Shown here: positions 9,501 to 18,984 of the stretch, piece by piece
Layout of the letters: each line of letters opens with the position of its first letter
Numbering within the stretch: position 1 is the stretch's first letter
Origin: a virus
Taxonomy: Duplodnaviria; Caudoviricetes
Direction: 5' to 3' (one strand)
IMG/VR virus record: IMGVR_UViG_3300021364_000072
Coordinates: 1 to 36,344 of that record
Length of the DNA: 36,344 nucleotides
Notes under the pieces: model-generated
Seen by the model: the letters and a program-made list of their open reading frames with translations, nothing else
What the model was told of the DNA's origin: nothing
The model's database searches: none
Made by a program: the position numbers and the translations under genes

Positions 9501-10811
9501 GTTTTCAAATACATACTCAGAACCACTATAATATTGTATGTTTAACTTTTTAGTATCTACACCAATCTTCTCACCATACTGTCTTATAAGTGCTTCATTT
9601 GTTGAAGAACCACTTGCTAATAAATCATCATATACTTGATAACCAATACCATTATCAGGTTCCAATGAAAAGTTTGGTCCTTGTAAAGGTGGACAATATC
9701 CTGTACTATCACCAACTAATGTAAGAGTTTCAATTATAGGGCTTGTTTGGATTTTAGTAATCCAAGCCTTTTGGTTTGTTTGTATATTATTAGGTAGTGG
9801 TTCATATAGTTTAAGAATCAATGATGATGCATCTGCACCAGTTTGTGTTGATTCTTTTAACCCCCTCCATGTTGTAATTACTTTATTATCACCATTACCC
9901 AAATGTAGTAAATGTGTAAGATAAGTTGAATCATCAAAATTACATTTATTAAATTGAGATATAAATCCTTCGGATATTCTATTAATAACAACTGAACGAG
10001 GGATATCTAAATCACCTTTATCAAATAAAACAGTGAATGTTTCTGTTTCACCTTTTACTTTTTCTTTTCTTAAATTTTGGTTTACAGGTGTTAATGATAT
10101 AGGTATTTTAATTTTATCAACATCTTCAGTACCTTCCATATCGAAGTAGTTGATTAAAATCTCTTGTACATTAAAGTTGAGTTTAAAATCTCTAGTTGTA
10201 AATGCGAGTTTTGTTCTACCAATACCCACTTCTACATATCCACCCCTATCTAATCCAGAAACATTAAATGTTATATTGAAATCAACATCATATCCAATAA
10301 AGTCAGCACCCCTAATTTCTCTAGGGTATCGTATGCTTCTAATATCAGGTACATTTACTGTATATTCATCAACAACATTAATTGTTAAATCAATACCTCT
10401 ATCTAAAATATTTTTAGTTTCTTTGTCTTGAGTTCCTTCATCTAATTTAGTTACAATATCTTTTTGTTGTTCAACTTCATTTAAATCCTTAGGTCTATCT
10501 GATAAAGATATTGGTGGTAAATTAGATTTTAATCCTAAATCATTTATTGGTTTTGTAGGTGCATTAATTGGATTAATTGGTTTAGTAATACCAAAAGTTG
10601 GTTCAACTCTACCTTTTTGCGATTTTATACTTTTGTATTGTTTTAATCTATCGGCTTTTCGTCTTCGTCTCCTACCACCAAAGAATGCATTTGTGAGCGC
10701 TCCAATTGAAGTGAAGTTCGAAGAAATATTGCTAGAACGTCTACGAGAACGTCTTTTATCTCTCTGTTTATCCTTTCTTCTTCCAAATATACCTCTTCTT
10801 CTTCTAGCCAT
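6546..10811 (-). CDS. Large baseplate wedge protein (T4 gp7/P2 gpI-like core plus LamG/ConA-like domain) with Arg-rich N-terminus
   Basis: LPEFIKED...GHHFD and LLKHKGTSRSLKAVMACYG (gpI-type KGT motif), FGGSLDEFRLWKTPL (LamG-like). Downstream of gp25/gp6 homologues. Confidence 0.65.
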   Translation of the reverse strand: MARRRRGIFGRRKDKQRDKRRSRRRSSNISSNFTSIGALTNAFFGGRRRRRKADRLKQYKSIKSQKGRVEPTFGITKPINPINAPTKPINDLGLKSNLPPISLSDRPKDLNEVEQQKDIVTKLDEGTQDKETKNILDRGIDLTINVVDEYTVNVPDIRSIRYPREIRGADFIGYDVDFNITFNVSGLDRGGYVEVGIGRTKLAFTTRDFKLNFNVQEILINYFDMEGTEDVDKIKIPISLTPVNQNLRKEKVKGETETFTVLFDKGDLDIPRSVVINRISEGFISQFNKCNFDDSTYLTHLLHLGNGDNKVITTWRGLKESTQTGADASSLILKLYEPLPNNIQTNQKAWITKIQTSPIIETLTLVGDSTGYCPPLQGPNFSLEPDNGIGYQVYDDLLASGSSTNEALIRQYGEKIGVDTKKLNIQYYSGSEYVFENFVHFGSAEERIKNFQYKIELLENYQNKYNSLSVSQVELGYLLAEGGSVDEYTIISEPASSSLQIEAVSVTAASVVQANQQLTNINNLIRTFDGFENFLYTSTTSLGYPKSGSSVLSSTSTEAISWYNSAVNDAALFDRNNIDYLNNNLPEFIKEDYQNEDFMLFMDMLGHHFDVIWAYINGLNNIRKPEHKADLGFSNDLVYSLLESLGWEGKKAYDSQHLWEYALGQYKDGTQKYQQSLKSANEEVWRRILNNLPYLLKHKGTSRSLKAVMACYGVPQSLLTIMEFGGPTDPTDGGTQPFTFDDRTAEIVLSEDTNEYIQIPWRAVDDDWPKSIEFRVNSTTPKTTSLIKGMDILGSNVEWEFKISQTTGSFANLDLYVSSSSTLESASIDNVRFFDGEYKQILINKGEDGVNDTFNLYLRDSQNGRIRTEVSSDTLTVNGASNWTGSGISNTIRLGNGFGGSLDEFRLWKTPLETNLLDTHTLQPDSIAGNSYTASAEDLVLRFDFEYPKDLSSSTNVNNVAISTEYNVDGTAVGFNSISDYPYHYRSYERTITAKVPSLGFNQADKIRFETQTLVGDLSHKVRATKKSLDRAPIDSSRLGLFFSPIKELNMDIIKSFGNFNIDNYIGAPADEYKDEYTELKSLRDYYFQRLNRDIYEYIRLIRYIDKSLFDVLEDLVPARAKVSKGLLIEPHFLERSKTKWEKPTSEKRDYETGVDVDEDVILLGDNNQFQANIDGESDVVLSHQYDNYEANLDGEEDVVLTSTNPQYDSSIDVDDETTLSGNYPTYVSEINVPDGGVLDATAASFGFEQIGMDPNSLNNAGFGLFTPIEKYGEISTLDIFGNLSGSRQQVYLVKEQYKETISTQVAGYPTTTNNEQIRYEDVEVTKFRYKVTKVPFGAPDPTVGNDIVEVTALKGYLPSHYRYKNNLSQGLKNSFFEGSKQTQDTTPDGLSPVETFTTNPNILRVADTGRGSGEPILEVD

Positions 10812-12289
10812 TAGTATTGTCTTATATCGTTAAAAGGTCTATCATTTCTTCCAAAGTCATCGAATCTATCTCCGAAATCATTAAATTCTTCTCTTTCTAT
10901 GAATTCGTTTCGGCCTCCGCCACCGCCACCTCTACTTCCACCACGTGGTGGTGATGGTAATGGTTTATATGGATTTGTTTTATCTTCTGGTTTTGGTGGT
11001 GGTGGTAATTCTTTAATTGGTTTTTCATTAAAGGTGGGTGTAACCTCTACTGGTTTTATTTGAACCGGCTCTTCCTCTTCTCTGATTTGTGTTTCATAAT
11101 CATCAAATGAGAATGGGAATAATTTTACATTATATTGTCCTATTTTTTTAAACACTCTATGTGGTATTGTTATACCAACTATTTCATCACCATTTCCCTC
11201 TTCATAAGTATCTCTACCAAAATTATCAAACTCCAAAATATCATCACCAACTATAATTGTGATGGCTTGTACATCTTTATTTTTTTGAATTAATAAAGGT
11301 ACACCTGATTTAGTATTGATATTGTATTTTCTTGGGTCTGTCTTTACCAACGATATTTGAGGGTCTAATCCAGACAATGGTGCTGGTATCGATTCTGTAT
11401 CTATCTGAACCTCATAGTTTGCATTTAAAGTTATACTTGCTTCTAATGTTTCACCATCCTCAGCAGACAATATTGTTGGTGTATTACCAGCACGTATTAA
11501 ACGCATTTCAGTTATTCTATATAAGCTGATATCAGATGTACTGATTGTGTATTTTGTACCACCAGCATCTTCATATTCAGTATCACCAGCATTTGGAAAG
11601 AACTCTGCGTTTTTGTTTCCGTTTTTTAATATACTAACAGGAGCACCTTCTCCACTTATTTTAAACTTTACTTTATATCTAGTGGGTTCTTCATATTCAT
11701 CTCCACCTCCCTTTGGTTTCTTATTTAATGTGAAATTTAAAAATACCGAAGTTGAACTACCAATACCAACTTCTTCAACAATTTGGTTATCAACATATTT
11801 GATAAGAGATATTGCTTTTGTATTTAATCCAAGTAGTTTATTATCCTTTAAACCTTGGTTTTCTATTATAGGAGCCCCATCATCTAACATAGATACAATG
11901 TAATACTCATTACACAAATATCCTTCTTTAGATACCTTTATACGTTTATCCTCTCTAGCTAATTGTTCTCTTGTAATTCTTACTAATGAATTTATACCAA
12001 CTTTTTCATTATTTACAAAAGTTGAAAATCCCCTTTCATTTGTTTTTACAATAAAAAGAAAAGTATCTACAATAGTATCCTTTGGTGGTTCTTCTGGGTC
12101 TTCTGTATCACCAAAAGGGCCCTTTGGAGAGTTACCACCAGTATTACCAGTATTACCGGTATTACCAGTACCAGGTCCATTACCCACACCAGGGTCTTGG
12201 TCTGGCTCTTGTGGTGTAGTACCATCATCAAACCCATCATTAGGGTCTAATATTTCATCAAAATCAATATTTTTTATTGGTGCTGGCAT
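10811..12289 (-). CDS. Putative virion structural protein with low-complexity Pro/Gly termini
   Basis: 492-aa ORF in the baseplate operon with a TAATG overlap. Beta-rich core including a PEGA-like KVSKEGY segment. Confidence 0.6.
   Translation of the reverse strand: MPAPIKNIDFDEILDPNDGFDDGTTPQEPDQDPGVGNGPGTGNTGNTGNTGGNSPKGPFGDTEDPEEPPKDTIVDTFLFIVKTNERGFSTFVNNEKVGINSLVRITREQLAREDKRIKVSKEGYLCNEYYIVSMLDDGAPIIENQGLKDNKLLGLNTKAISLIKYVDNQIVEEVGIGSSTSVFLNFTLNKKPKGGGDEYEEPTRYKVKFKISGEGAPVSILKNGNKNAEFFPNAGDTEYEDAGGTKYTISTSDISLYRITEMRLIRAGNTPTILSAEDGETLEASITLNANYEVQIDTESIPAPLSGLDPQISLVKTDPRKYNINTKSGVPLLIQKNKDVQAITIIVGDDILEFDNFGRDTYEEGNGDEIVGITIPHRVFKKIGQYNVKLFPFSFDDYETQIREEEEPVQIKPVEVTPTFNEKPIKELPPPPKPEDKTNPYKPLPSPPRGGSRGGGGGGRNEFIEREEFNDFGDRFDDFGRNDRPFNDIRQY
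12137..12172. repeat. 9-bp in-frame tandem repeat (ACCAGTATT x4, degenerate) encoding Gly/Asn/Thr repeats
   Basis: accagtatt accagtatt accggtatt accagtacc, translating within GTGNTGNTGNTGG. Confidence 0.85.
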
Positions 12290-12294
12290 AATTA

Positions 12295-13554
12295 TTAACT
12301 TATATCAGAGATGAGTCCTCCACCCCCTCTATTTGGATTTGTAACTGGTGTTGATATTGGTTGTGGCGTTCCACCACCTCCTATATTATTATCTAATGGA
12401 GGTCTGTTAGGGAAATTCTTAAATCTATCCATAAAAGACCTTTTATTTCTACTCTTAGTTGGGTTTGGTGGGATGAACTTTGGTGTTGGTAAATCAACAG
12501 GTACTTCATCCTTTATTGCTTTTGCTAAATTTGTTTTTTCTACAATTTTTTCTTTGGATTCTTTTGGTTTTTCTTTTGTTACTTCTACCGCAGGAATATT
12601 TGGTTGTATAATTACATCCGATTCTCTACTTCGTATAACTTGTCCAATTTTATCTCTGCTAGCATCAAACTCGTTTTCTCTAACTGTTCTTGGTTGAATT
12701 GTTCTTTGTGGTAAAAACGTATCCACACATTCTATTAAAATCCTTTGAGCTGTTTTATAAACCGCTTCCTTTGATAAGGATAGAGATTCTTTTATTGGTT
12801 TTTGTTTACCATAGTTTGTATCACTAATATATGAGTTTCTATTTAAGTACTCATACTTCATTGCTTCTGCGAATTTTTTATGAATTCTAGTTGTTAACTT
12901 ATCAAATTCTCTAATACCAAATTCTGCAACCATTTTATTGTACCACTTTTCGGTGTATATTCTTTTAATAAATGAATCAATTTCCTTTGAATCTATTTTT
13001 TCAATAAACTCACCAATGTATGGTATAATATCATCTCTAAAAGATTGCCCTTCTACCATAATGTTAAATCTTTTTAGTAAATCAGTTTTTTCGGAAACTT
13101 CATTTCTAATAGGTAATAGTTTTACTTCAGTTCTTGATGGTGATATTTCTTTAATCCAAAGTTTTTCATTTAAACTATCAAATCCCACTCTTTTATTTAA
13201 TAATGTTATTTGTGCTTTAAATATACCATTGTTGTATCCAGCCTCATTTATTAATCTTTCCGCATCAATAAAATATTCATTTGGAAAATTAAATGCTTGA
13301 AATTCAGTTCCATCTGCTATTAGAAAATAATCTTTAATATTTTCTGAATTAAGAGGGATGTATCTAACTAACTTACCATCATCTCCTTGAGGTAATTGAT
13401 TTTCGTTAGCATCATAGACAATAAACTCAATCATATCTGAATCGGAGAATCCAAAGAATGATTGTAGAGTTCCTTTTTCGAAAATCTCTCTATCTTTAGT
13501 AGAGATTCGATACCCTTTATTATCTATTATTTCTTTAAATGTTTTAATTGCCAT
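12295..13554 (-). CDS. Putative baseplate-region structural protein
   Basis: 419-aa ORF in the operon. Ordered N-terminal part (IEFIVYD...LWIKEISPSRTEVKL) and a Pro/Gly-rich tail. Confidence 0.6.
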   Translation of the reverse strand: MAIKTFKEIIDNKGYRISTKDREIFEKGTLQSFFGFSDSDMIEFIVYDANENQLPQGDDGKLVRYIPLNSENIKDYFLIADGTEFQAFNFPNEYFIDAERLINEAGYNNGIFKAQITLLNKRVGFDSLNEKLWIKEISPSRTEVKLLPIRNEVSEKTDLLKRFNIMVEGQSFRDDIIPYIGEFIEKIDSKEIDSFIKRIYTEKWYNKMVAEFGIREFDKLTTRIHKKFAEAMKYEYLNRNSYISDTNYGKQKPIKESLSLSKEAVYKTAQRILIECVDTFLPQRTIQPRTVRENEFDASRDKIGQVIRSRESDVIIQPNIPAVEVTKEKPKESKEKIVEKTNLAKAIKDEVPVDLPTPKFIPPNPTKSRNKRSFMDRFKNFPNRPPLDNNIGGGGTPQPISTPVTNPNRGGGGLISDIS

Positions 13555-13556
13555 TA

Positions 13557-14855
13557 TTAACCTCTATTTTTTCTTAAATTAGTTGTAAGTGTTACACTAT
13601 CTTTAGTTCCATCTTCAAATGTAACTTCACATTTTAATGATAGTCCTTTATAGTTTGTACCTTTTCCTTTCCAACCAATTGTTCTTCTTCTTGGTTTTAA
13701 TCCTTTTTTCTTAGATTCACCAATCACCTTATTATCAAATTCAGTTCCAAATGTTACTGCTTTTTCCGGCTCTACAACTTTATCGTTACCAGTAACTTTA
13801 AACCATTCTGGTGAACCATCAAACGTCCATGATACATCAGTTATCTTTAAATCGGTAGTAACATTGGCAACTTCTAGTGTACTTGTCATTTTACGAGAAC
13901 CAGCATCTTTAGCACTACACTTAGCCCAAATATCTTGGGCCTGTTGTGATGCATCCCCATTACCATTAGTAACCTTAACAGTAAAGTTATTACTAGCACC
14001 ACTCTTAGCACCCTCTGCTGTTTGTGCAGATAACCCAAATAATTGTTCTCTCAATGATTCATTTTCTTGCAACAATGCCTCATTCCTAGCATTTAAAGAT
14101 ACTCTTTGAATTGCTTCATTAATTGAGTTTTGAACTGCATTTTGTAAATCAATTGTTGTTTCTGCTATTTGTTGGTTTGCTATATCAGCTTGTTCTCTAG
14201 CTATATTTGCTTTTAATTTTTCATTATCCAACTCTATTCTAAGAGTTTCGGCAATAGCTTCTAACTCTTGTATGATGGAATTTAAACCAATAATATCTCC
14301 ATTTAGTCTTTCAACTTCATTTGTTAAATCATCTATTCTATCTAATGCTTCTTGATAAATTGAACGAAGTACAGTATCAGGTAGTGGTGCTGGTGCATTT
14401 GGTATTAATTCAAATATACGAGTATCTATTGATTTTTCCAATTCAACACTATCGTATTTAGGTCTAATTAATTTACCACCAACTATACCGCCATCCATTT
14501 CTTGCTCACTAATATATCCATATAGTTCATCATATTCAGAACTATTAACATCATTCCAATCTATGCTAGATGGATTTACATTGGGTTCAATGGTTGTAGA
14601 ATCAATTGGTTTATTTCTAATTGTATTAGATAGTGGATTGATTGGTTTACCCTTAATTACATTCTTTTTTGCTATTCGTACACCACGTTCATTTTTTTTA
14701 GGAAGATTAAGAGAACCACCATCTTTAAGCTTGTTATAGAATCGCTCATCAGCTAAACCACGTTTTGGAACAAGGTTTTCATTACCCATCCCATCACGTC
14801 CACGTTTTATAGCTTCTCGCTTTTGTTTTGCTCTTTTATCTTTTTTGTTAAACAT
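13557..14855 (-). CDS. Putative structural protein with basic N-terminus, long coiled coil and beta-rich C-terminal domain
   Basis: Heptad-rich segment YQEALDRIDDLTNEVERL...LREQL. Operon context. Confidence 0.6.
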   Translation of the reverse strand: MFNKKDKRAKQKREAIKRGRDGMGNENLVPKRGLADERFYNKLKDGGSLNLPKKNERGVRIAKKNVIKGKPINPLSNTIRNKPIDSTTIEPNVNPSSIDWNDVNSSEYDELYGYISEQEMDGGIVGGKLIRPKYDSVELEKSIDTRIFELIPNAPAPLPDTVLRSIYQEALDRIDDLTNEVERLNGDIIGLNSIIQELEAIAETLRIELDNEKLKANIAREQADIANQQIAETTIDLQNAVQNSINEAIQRVSLNARNEALLQENESLREQLFGLSAQTAEGAKSGASNNFTVKVTNGNGDASQQAQDIWAKCSAKDAGSRKMTSTLEVANVTTDLKITDVSWTFDGSPEWFKVTGNDKVVEPEKAVTFGTEFDNKVIGESKKKGLKPRRRTIGWKGKGTNYKGLSLKCEVTFEDGTKDSVTLTTNLRKNRG

Positions 14856-14859
14856 AAGT

Positions 14860-15927
14860 TTACGAAATTACGCTAAATGTGTAATCATCATCAAAGAAAT
14901 AATCAGTTCCATTGATTCTAATTTTAAATTCTATAATATATACTCTATCAACTTCCCAATTAGATAAATTTAAATTAAAGTAGTTACCATCAGTATCACA
15001 ACTTAATTTTGTGTAATCTGAAAATGGAACGATTACTTCACCCGAATGATAATCACATATTTGGTAATATGATGTTGTTGGTAAGAATTTACTAATACCA
15101 TATTGCGCAGTTGATGAGAATGTTTTAATTGGATATAAGTCTCTACCAATTACCCTAAATTTAGGAGTTGTGTTTACTTTATATTCTTTTTTGAAGTTTC
15201 TAATTCCAACTTTGATTTCTTCAGATGTTAGTTCATCTAATGAGCCAGTTGAAAATACCGAATCATCCCATCCTATTCTAATCTTTGGTTGATGAATAGT
15301 GTTTGTTTCTTTACTAAAGAACTTTAAAATACCATAATCATTGTTATCCTCTTCTTTTTCCAATGGTAATTTTAATATAATACCATCATTTGGAATAGAA
15401 CCACTAATCCAATCAACCATAATGTCTTTGATATCCATTGAAATATCTGTGGTCTTATATTCAAAGTTTTGTAATGAAGAAGATGCATAATAAAATGTAC
15501 CACCCTTACCTTCATATGAACCAGTAGATACACTACTAAATTCAGATGTTTCTAACCATCGTAATACAGAATCACCCTCTCTATTGTTCCAAGTTACACC
15601 ACTTGTAGTAATATCATCGAATCTAGTACCATTACCCATCTCCCAACTTTGAGAAATCGGATATGCTTCTATTTGAAATTCTAATGGAAGTTCTTCCGAT
15701 TCAGTTTCTTTTAATATAAGAGTTGCTTCTGACATTGTTACCGAACCCTCAGATAAACTGGAGGATAGTCCGTTTACATCAAATTTAAGAAGTGCTCTTG
15801 ATACATCTTTAATATTACCATAGTAAACCTTACTTACTTCTAATACCTCATCTAAACCAGCGTTTTGGTCGGGTTGTTGTAAGTACACCGATGCATCTTT
15901 TGATGCTGTTAAAAAATAGTATGCCAT
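14860..15927 (-). CDS. DNRLRE/CBM96-like domain virion protein
   Basis: ASKDASVY...N.G.DEVLEV...RALLKFD...SEATLIL...VTWNN...NDGIILK...FFSKE...QPKI pattern is typical of DNRLRE-type domains. Confidence 0.65.
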   Translation of the reverse strand: MAYYFLTASKDASVYLQQPDQNAGLDEVLEVSKVYYGNIKDVSRALLKFDVNGLSSSLSEGSVTMSEATLILKETESEELPLEFQIEAYPISQSWEMGNGTRFDDITTSGVTWNNREGDSVLRWLETSEFSSVSTGSYEGKGGTFYYASSSLQNFEYKTTDISMDIKDIMVDWISGSIPNDGIILKLPLEKEEDNNDYGILKFFSKETNTIHQPKIRIGWDDSVFSTGSLDELTSEEIKVGIRNFKKEYKVNTTPKFRVIGRDLYPIKTFSSTAQYGISKFLPTTSYYQICDYHSGEVIVPFSDYTKLSCDTDGNYFNLNLSNWEVDRVYIIEFKIRINGTDYFFDDDYTFSVIS

Positions 15928-17960
15928 TATCTTGCCCTCCCTTTTATATCCGAATTTGGAAATTTAACTTCGAAAACCGATGGGTCTAAAGATGGATATA
16001 AAATCTTATCTTTAATCGCCGCTTCTATATTATATGAGTTTGGTGTATATTGACCACCACACTTATTTACAATTTTTAATTTTGGTACTGAACTAACTCC
16101 CTCAACATTTGCCACAATCAATTCTAATTCAGAAAGATTAATAGTATTATTAAAAGTCCAATTATCAATACTAAAATAATCTTGTAGTTCAGATATACAA
16201 TCTGATAGTACTTCACTTTTATTATAACTTTTTAAAGTTATAATTTCAAACTCAACACCAATATTAATGATAAACCCATCATTTATATTTACACCATCAG
16301 TTAAAATTTTGTATTCTGAAAGATATGTTTTTAAATTTTCCTTTACTGCTCTATTAAGATTTGTTAACTTCTTTTCGGAATCATATCCTAATAAATAAAG
16401 ATTAATAGCAAATGGATTATTCTTTTCATTATCATTAGATGTTTTACCAGTTAGATATTTTTGTATCTCTTGCTTAACACTTCTTCTATCAGGTTCCTCA
16501 TTATCAGGTTTTTCTACAAAACTCATTACCAATTCGGTAAACTCATTAAGAGCTTGTGGTGAGCTTAATATAGAAGATGGTGAGTTATTATCCAATGTTC
16601 CATCTGCTGTAGCGTATGCTTTTGCAATCGAACCAAACTTAGTTGGCATCGATAATGCTCTGATTTCATAATCCTTAGAAGTTACTGCTCTATTTTGTGA
16701 ACCGAAGTTAGCCAATGCGTTTTGTCTAATCTCCTCCATTGTATCACCACCCTTACCACCAGTTGCAGGAACTTCATTATCTACTGCGATAGAGTTTTTA
16801 GCTGCATTGTATATTGATAATTGGGTTGGTGTAAATAATGTTGTATCTTCTTCAAATTCCGTACTTCTAATTTGAGTAATTGAACCTTTCTTTACATTTG
16901 ATTCCACACCACCACCAACTAAATACTTTACAGTTATAGTTGTGTTAGATGGAGATGTACCATATGTTTTAGTTTTCAAAAAGTTAGTTGGGTCAAATGA
17001 TTCTTCTAATTTAGAAATAGAATTAGGTAACCCCAATCCAACGTTTTTAAGGTTAGGTATAATCGTTTCATCATTTGATGTTGGGTCTCCAGCTCCAAAT
17101 TGAATAGTTGTTGTACTGTCTGGGTTGATTTGTTTAACAAATCTACGAGATGTTTTTAATGTATTTAAAACATAAGGTACAGTTGATTTAAATTGATAAA
17201 GGTCTGGGTCATTTGATTCTGTATTTGGGTAATCCACAAATACTAATTCTTGTGCTAAATAAGGTACTTCATAGAATTTGTTACCATTTGAATCCCTTAC
17301 ATCATAGATATCTATTATGTTGGTATCTAATAAATCAATACTTTGAAAAGATTCATATGCACCAAACGTAAACTCTTCCTCTTTTATTTCAGCTGAAATA
17401 GCATTTACCAATTTCTTAACTAAATAAAATGAAGTTTCTCCACTTACTGAATCAGTTTGGTATATTGTAATTTCTCTATCTGTTGAATCTGAAAAATCTA
17501 CAACATCTCTAGTAATAAACTTAACCCCATTTGATGATTCTAATATCATACCTTCTTTAATTTTTAAAAGATACGTTTCATCAAATGTATTATTTGCACC
17601 TGTTCCAGTTGATGGAACCAATTGGTAAACTGAAAGAGTTGTTACTGCTGGTGAGGATACTTTTGGTTTATATCCTAAGTATTGTGAGAGTGCTATCACA
17701 TTCTCAATATCATCAGCATAAGTCATTAATGATTCCTTTAAGGTATCATCAACATAATATGAAAGTGAATCACCAATGTAAGATGCCATTTCAATGAACA
17801 TCATACCCGGTGAAGATTCGTTAAAATCAGAATAAGTTTGTGGGAAATAAGTTTTAGCAAACTCAATAAGATTAGTTCTGAATTCAGTAAAATCTTTATT
17901 GAGGTATTTTATATCCTTACCTCTATTCTTAAAATTCTTTGTTGTTTTTGTAATTGCCAT
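15927..17960 (-). CDS. gp6: Baseplate wedge subunit (T4 gp6 / baseplate J-like)
   Basis: KDFTEFRTNLI...YSDFNESSPGMMFIE, LGYKP, IQFG, and GG.GGDTMEEIRQNA...QNRAVTSKDY. Confidence 0.88.
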   Translation of the reverse strand: MAITKTTKNFKNRGKDIKYLNKDFTEFRTNLIEFAKTYFPQTYSDFNESSPGMMFIEMASYIGDSLSYYVDDTLKESLMTYADDIENVIALSQYLGYKPKVSSPAVTTLSVYQLVPSTGTGANNTFDETYLLKIKEGMILESSNGVKFITRDVVDFSDSTDREITIYQTDSVSGETSFYLVKKLVNAISAEIKEEEFTFGAYESFQSIDLLDTNIIDIYDVRDSNGNKFYEVPYLAQELVFVDYPNTESNDPDLYQFKSTVPYVLNTLKTSRRFVKQINPDSTTTIQFGAGDPTSNDETIIPNLKNVGLGLPNSISKLEESFDPTNFLKTKTYGTSPSNTTITVKYLVGGGVESNVKKGSITQIRSTEFEEDTTLFTPTQLSIYNAAKNSIAVDNEVPATGGKGGDTMEEIRQNALANFGSQNRAVTSKDYEIRALSMPTKFGSIAKAYATADGTLDNNSPSSILSSPQALNEFTELVMSFVEKPDNEEPDRRSVKQEIQKYLTGKTSNDNEKNNPFAINLYLLGYDSEKKLTNLNRAVKENLKTYLSEYKILTDGVNINDGFIINIGVEFEIITLKSYNKSEVLSDCISELQDYFSIDNWTFNNTINLSELELIVANVEGVSSVPKLKIVNKCGGQYTPNSYNIEAAIKDKILYPSLDPSVFEVKFPNSDIKGRAR

Positions 17961-17966
17961 ATCTTA

Positions 17967-18395
17967 TTATCCCTGAACTGTAAATGTTAGAGTTTCTAAA
18001 TTAATATCATCTCCTATTCTAAATTTAATCGAAACATTTAATTTATTGTTATCTCTCAATTCATCAGTTGATTCAATATCAATCTCTTCTGCTGTAACAT
18101 AAGGTAACCATTGTTCTAAACTATCGTTTATAGTATCTTCTATTCTACCTTCCAAATCATCTACATTTGGTTCAAACAATAACGATTGTAAACCACTACC
18201 AAATTCAGGTTGTATAATACGTTCCCCCTTTTTAGTAAGTAGAAGATTTTTAATATTTGATTTAACTTGGTCTTTGGTTAGAAACGATTGCTCGAATGTA
18301 TTTTCACCAAATTGTAATGGTAAAGTGATACCAATCGCATAGTTTGCAAATTCTTTAGTATCTTTAACAATTCTTCTTCCTAACTCAACTGCCAT
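17967..18395 (-). CDS. gp25: Baseplate wedge / sheath initiator (T4 gp25-like)
   Basis: VKSNIKNLLLTKKGERIIQPEFGSGLQSLLFEP...QWLPYV, the GPW/gp25 signature. Confidence 0.92.
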   Translation of the reverse strand: MAVELGRRIVKDTKEFANYAIGITLPLQFGENTFEQSFLTKDQVKSNIKNLLLTKKGERIIQPEFGSGLQSLLFEPNVDDLEGRIEDTINDSLEQWLPYVTAEEIDIESTDELRDNNKLNVSIKFRIGDDINLETLTFTVQG

Positions 18396-18403
18396 AATCT
18401 ATA

Positions 18404-18937
18404 TTACATTCCCGGTCTCCAAGGACCTTTCTTTTTATCCAACGCTTTCATTAAACCACTATAATCTCTATTTAGTGCTTTATCCAATCCAGTGTTTCCA
18501 GTATGAACACCTAAACCTTGTTTTGGTGCCATATCTCCGTAACCCATTTTTTGTGCTATATTTGATGCACCTAATGTATGTACTGAGTTTGAATCGAAGT
18601 TCATCGTACCAGACGATACTTCGGTTGGTGCCCCAGCATATGATGGAACATTAGTTCCACTTCTTTGTTGTGAGTTAAAGGGTTGTGTTTGTGCCAATAC
18701 CTCATTTAATGCAGGATTCTTACTAAATATTTTTTGTGGTTGAACTGGTTCTTCCACTACATTTGAATCCATAAATGTTGGTTGTTTTGGTGTAACAGCT
18801 TCTTTAAGTTTTTTGTTTTCTTTCAATAACTTAGCCATTTCTTTTTTAACACCCTCTTTAACAAGTTTAGGAAGAATCACTTTGATTTCCTCCTTAACTA
18901 TAATTTGTATTGCTTTTATTAATTTATCAGTGTCCAT
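18404..18937 (-). CDS. Hypothetical protein, first gene of the baseplate operon
   Basis: 177-aa ORF with an N-terminal coiled coil, preceded by ATATTTATA. Confidence 0.75.
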   Translation of the reverse strand: MDTDKLIKAIQIIVKEEIKVILPKLVKEGVKKEMAKLLKENKKLKEAVTPKQPTFMDSNVVEEPVQPQKIFSKNPALNEVLAQTQPFNSQQRSGTNVPSYAGAPTEVSSGTMNFDSNSVHTLGASNIAQKMGYGDMAPKQGLGVHTGNTGLDKALNRDYSGLMKALDKKKGPWRPGM

Positions 18938-18960
18938 TGTATAAAATGTTTTCCTTTCTA

Positions 18961-18969
18961 TATAAATAT
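18961..18969 (-). promoter_or_regulatory. Putative late promoter motif ATATTTATA
   Basis: 23 nt upstream of ATG 18937, heading the gp25/gp6 operon. Confidence 0.65.
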
Positions 18970-18984
18970 TTGATTTAGGTTTTT

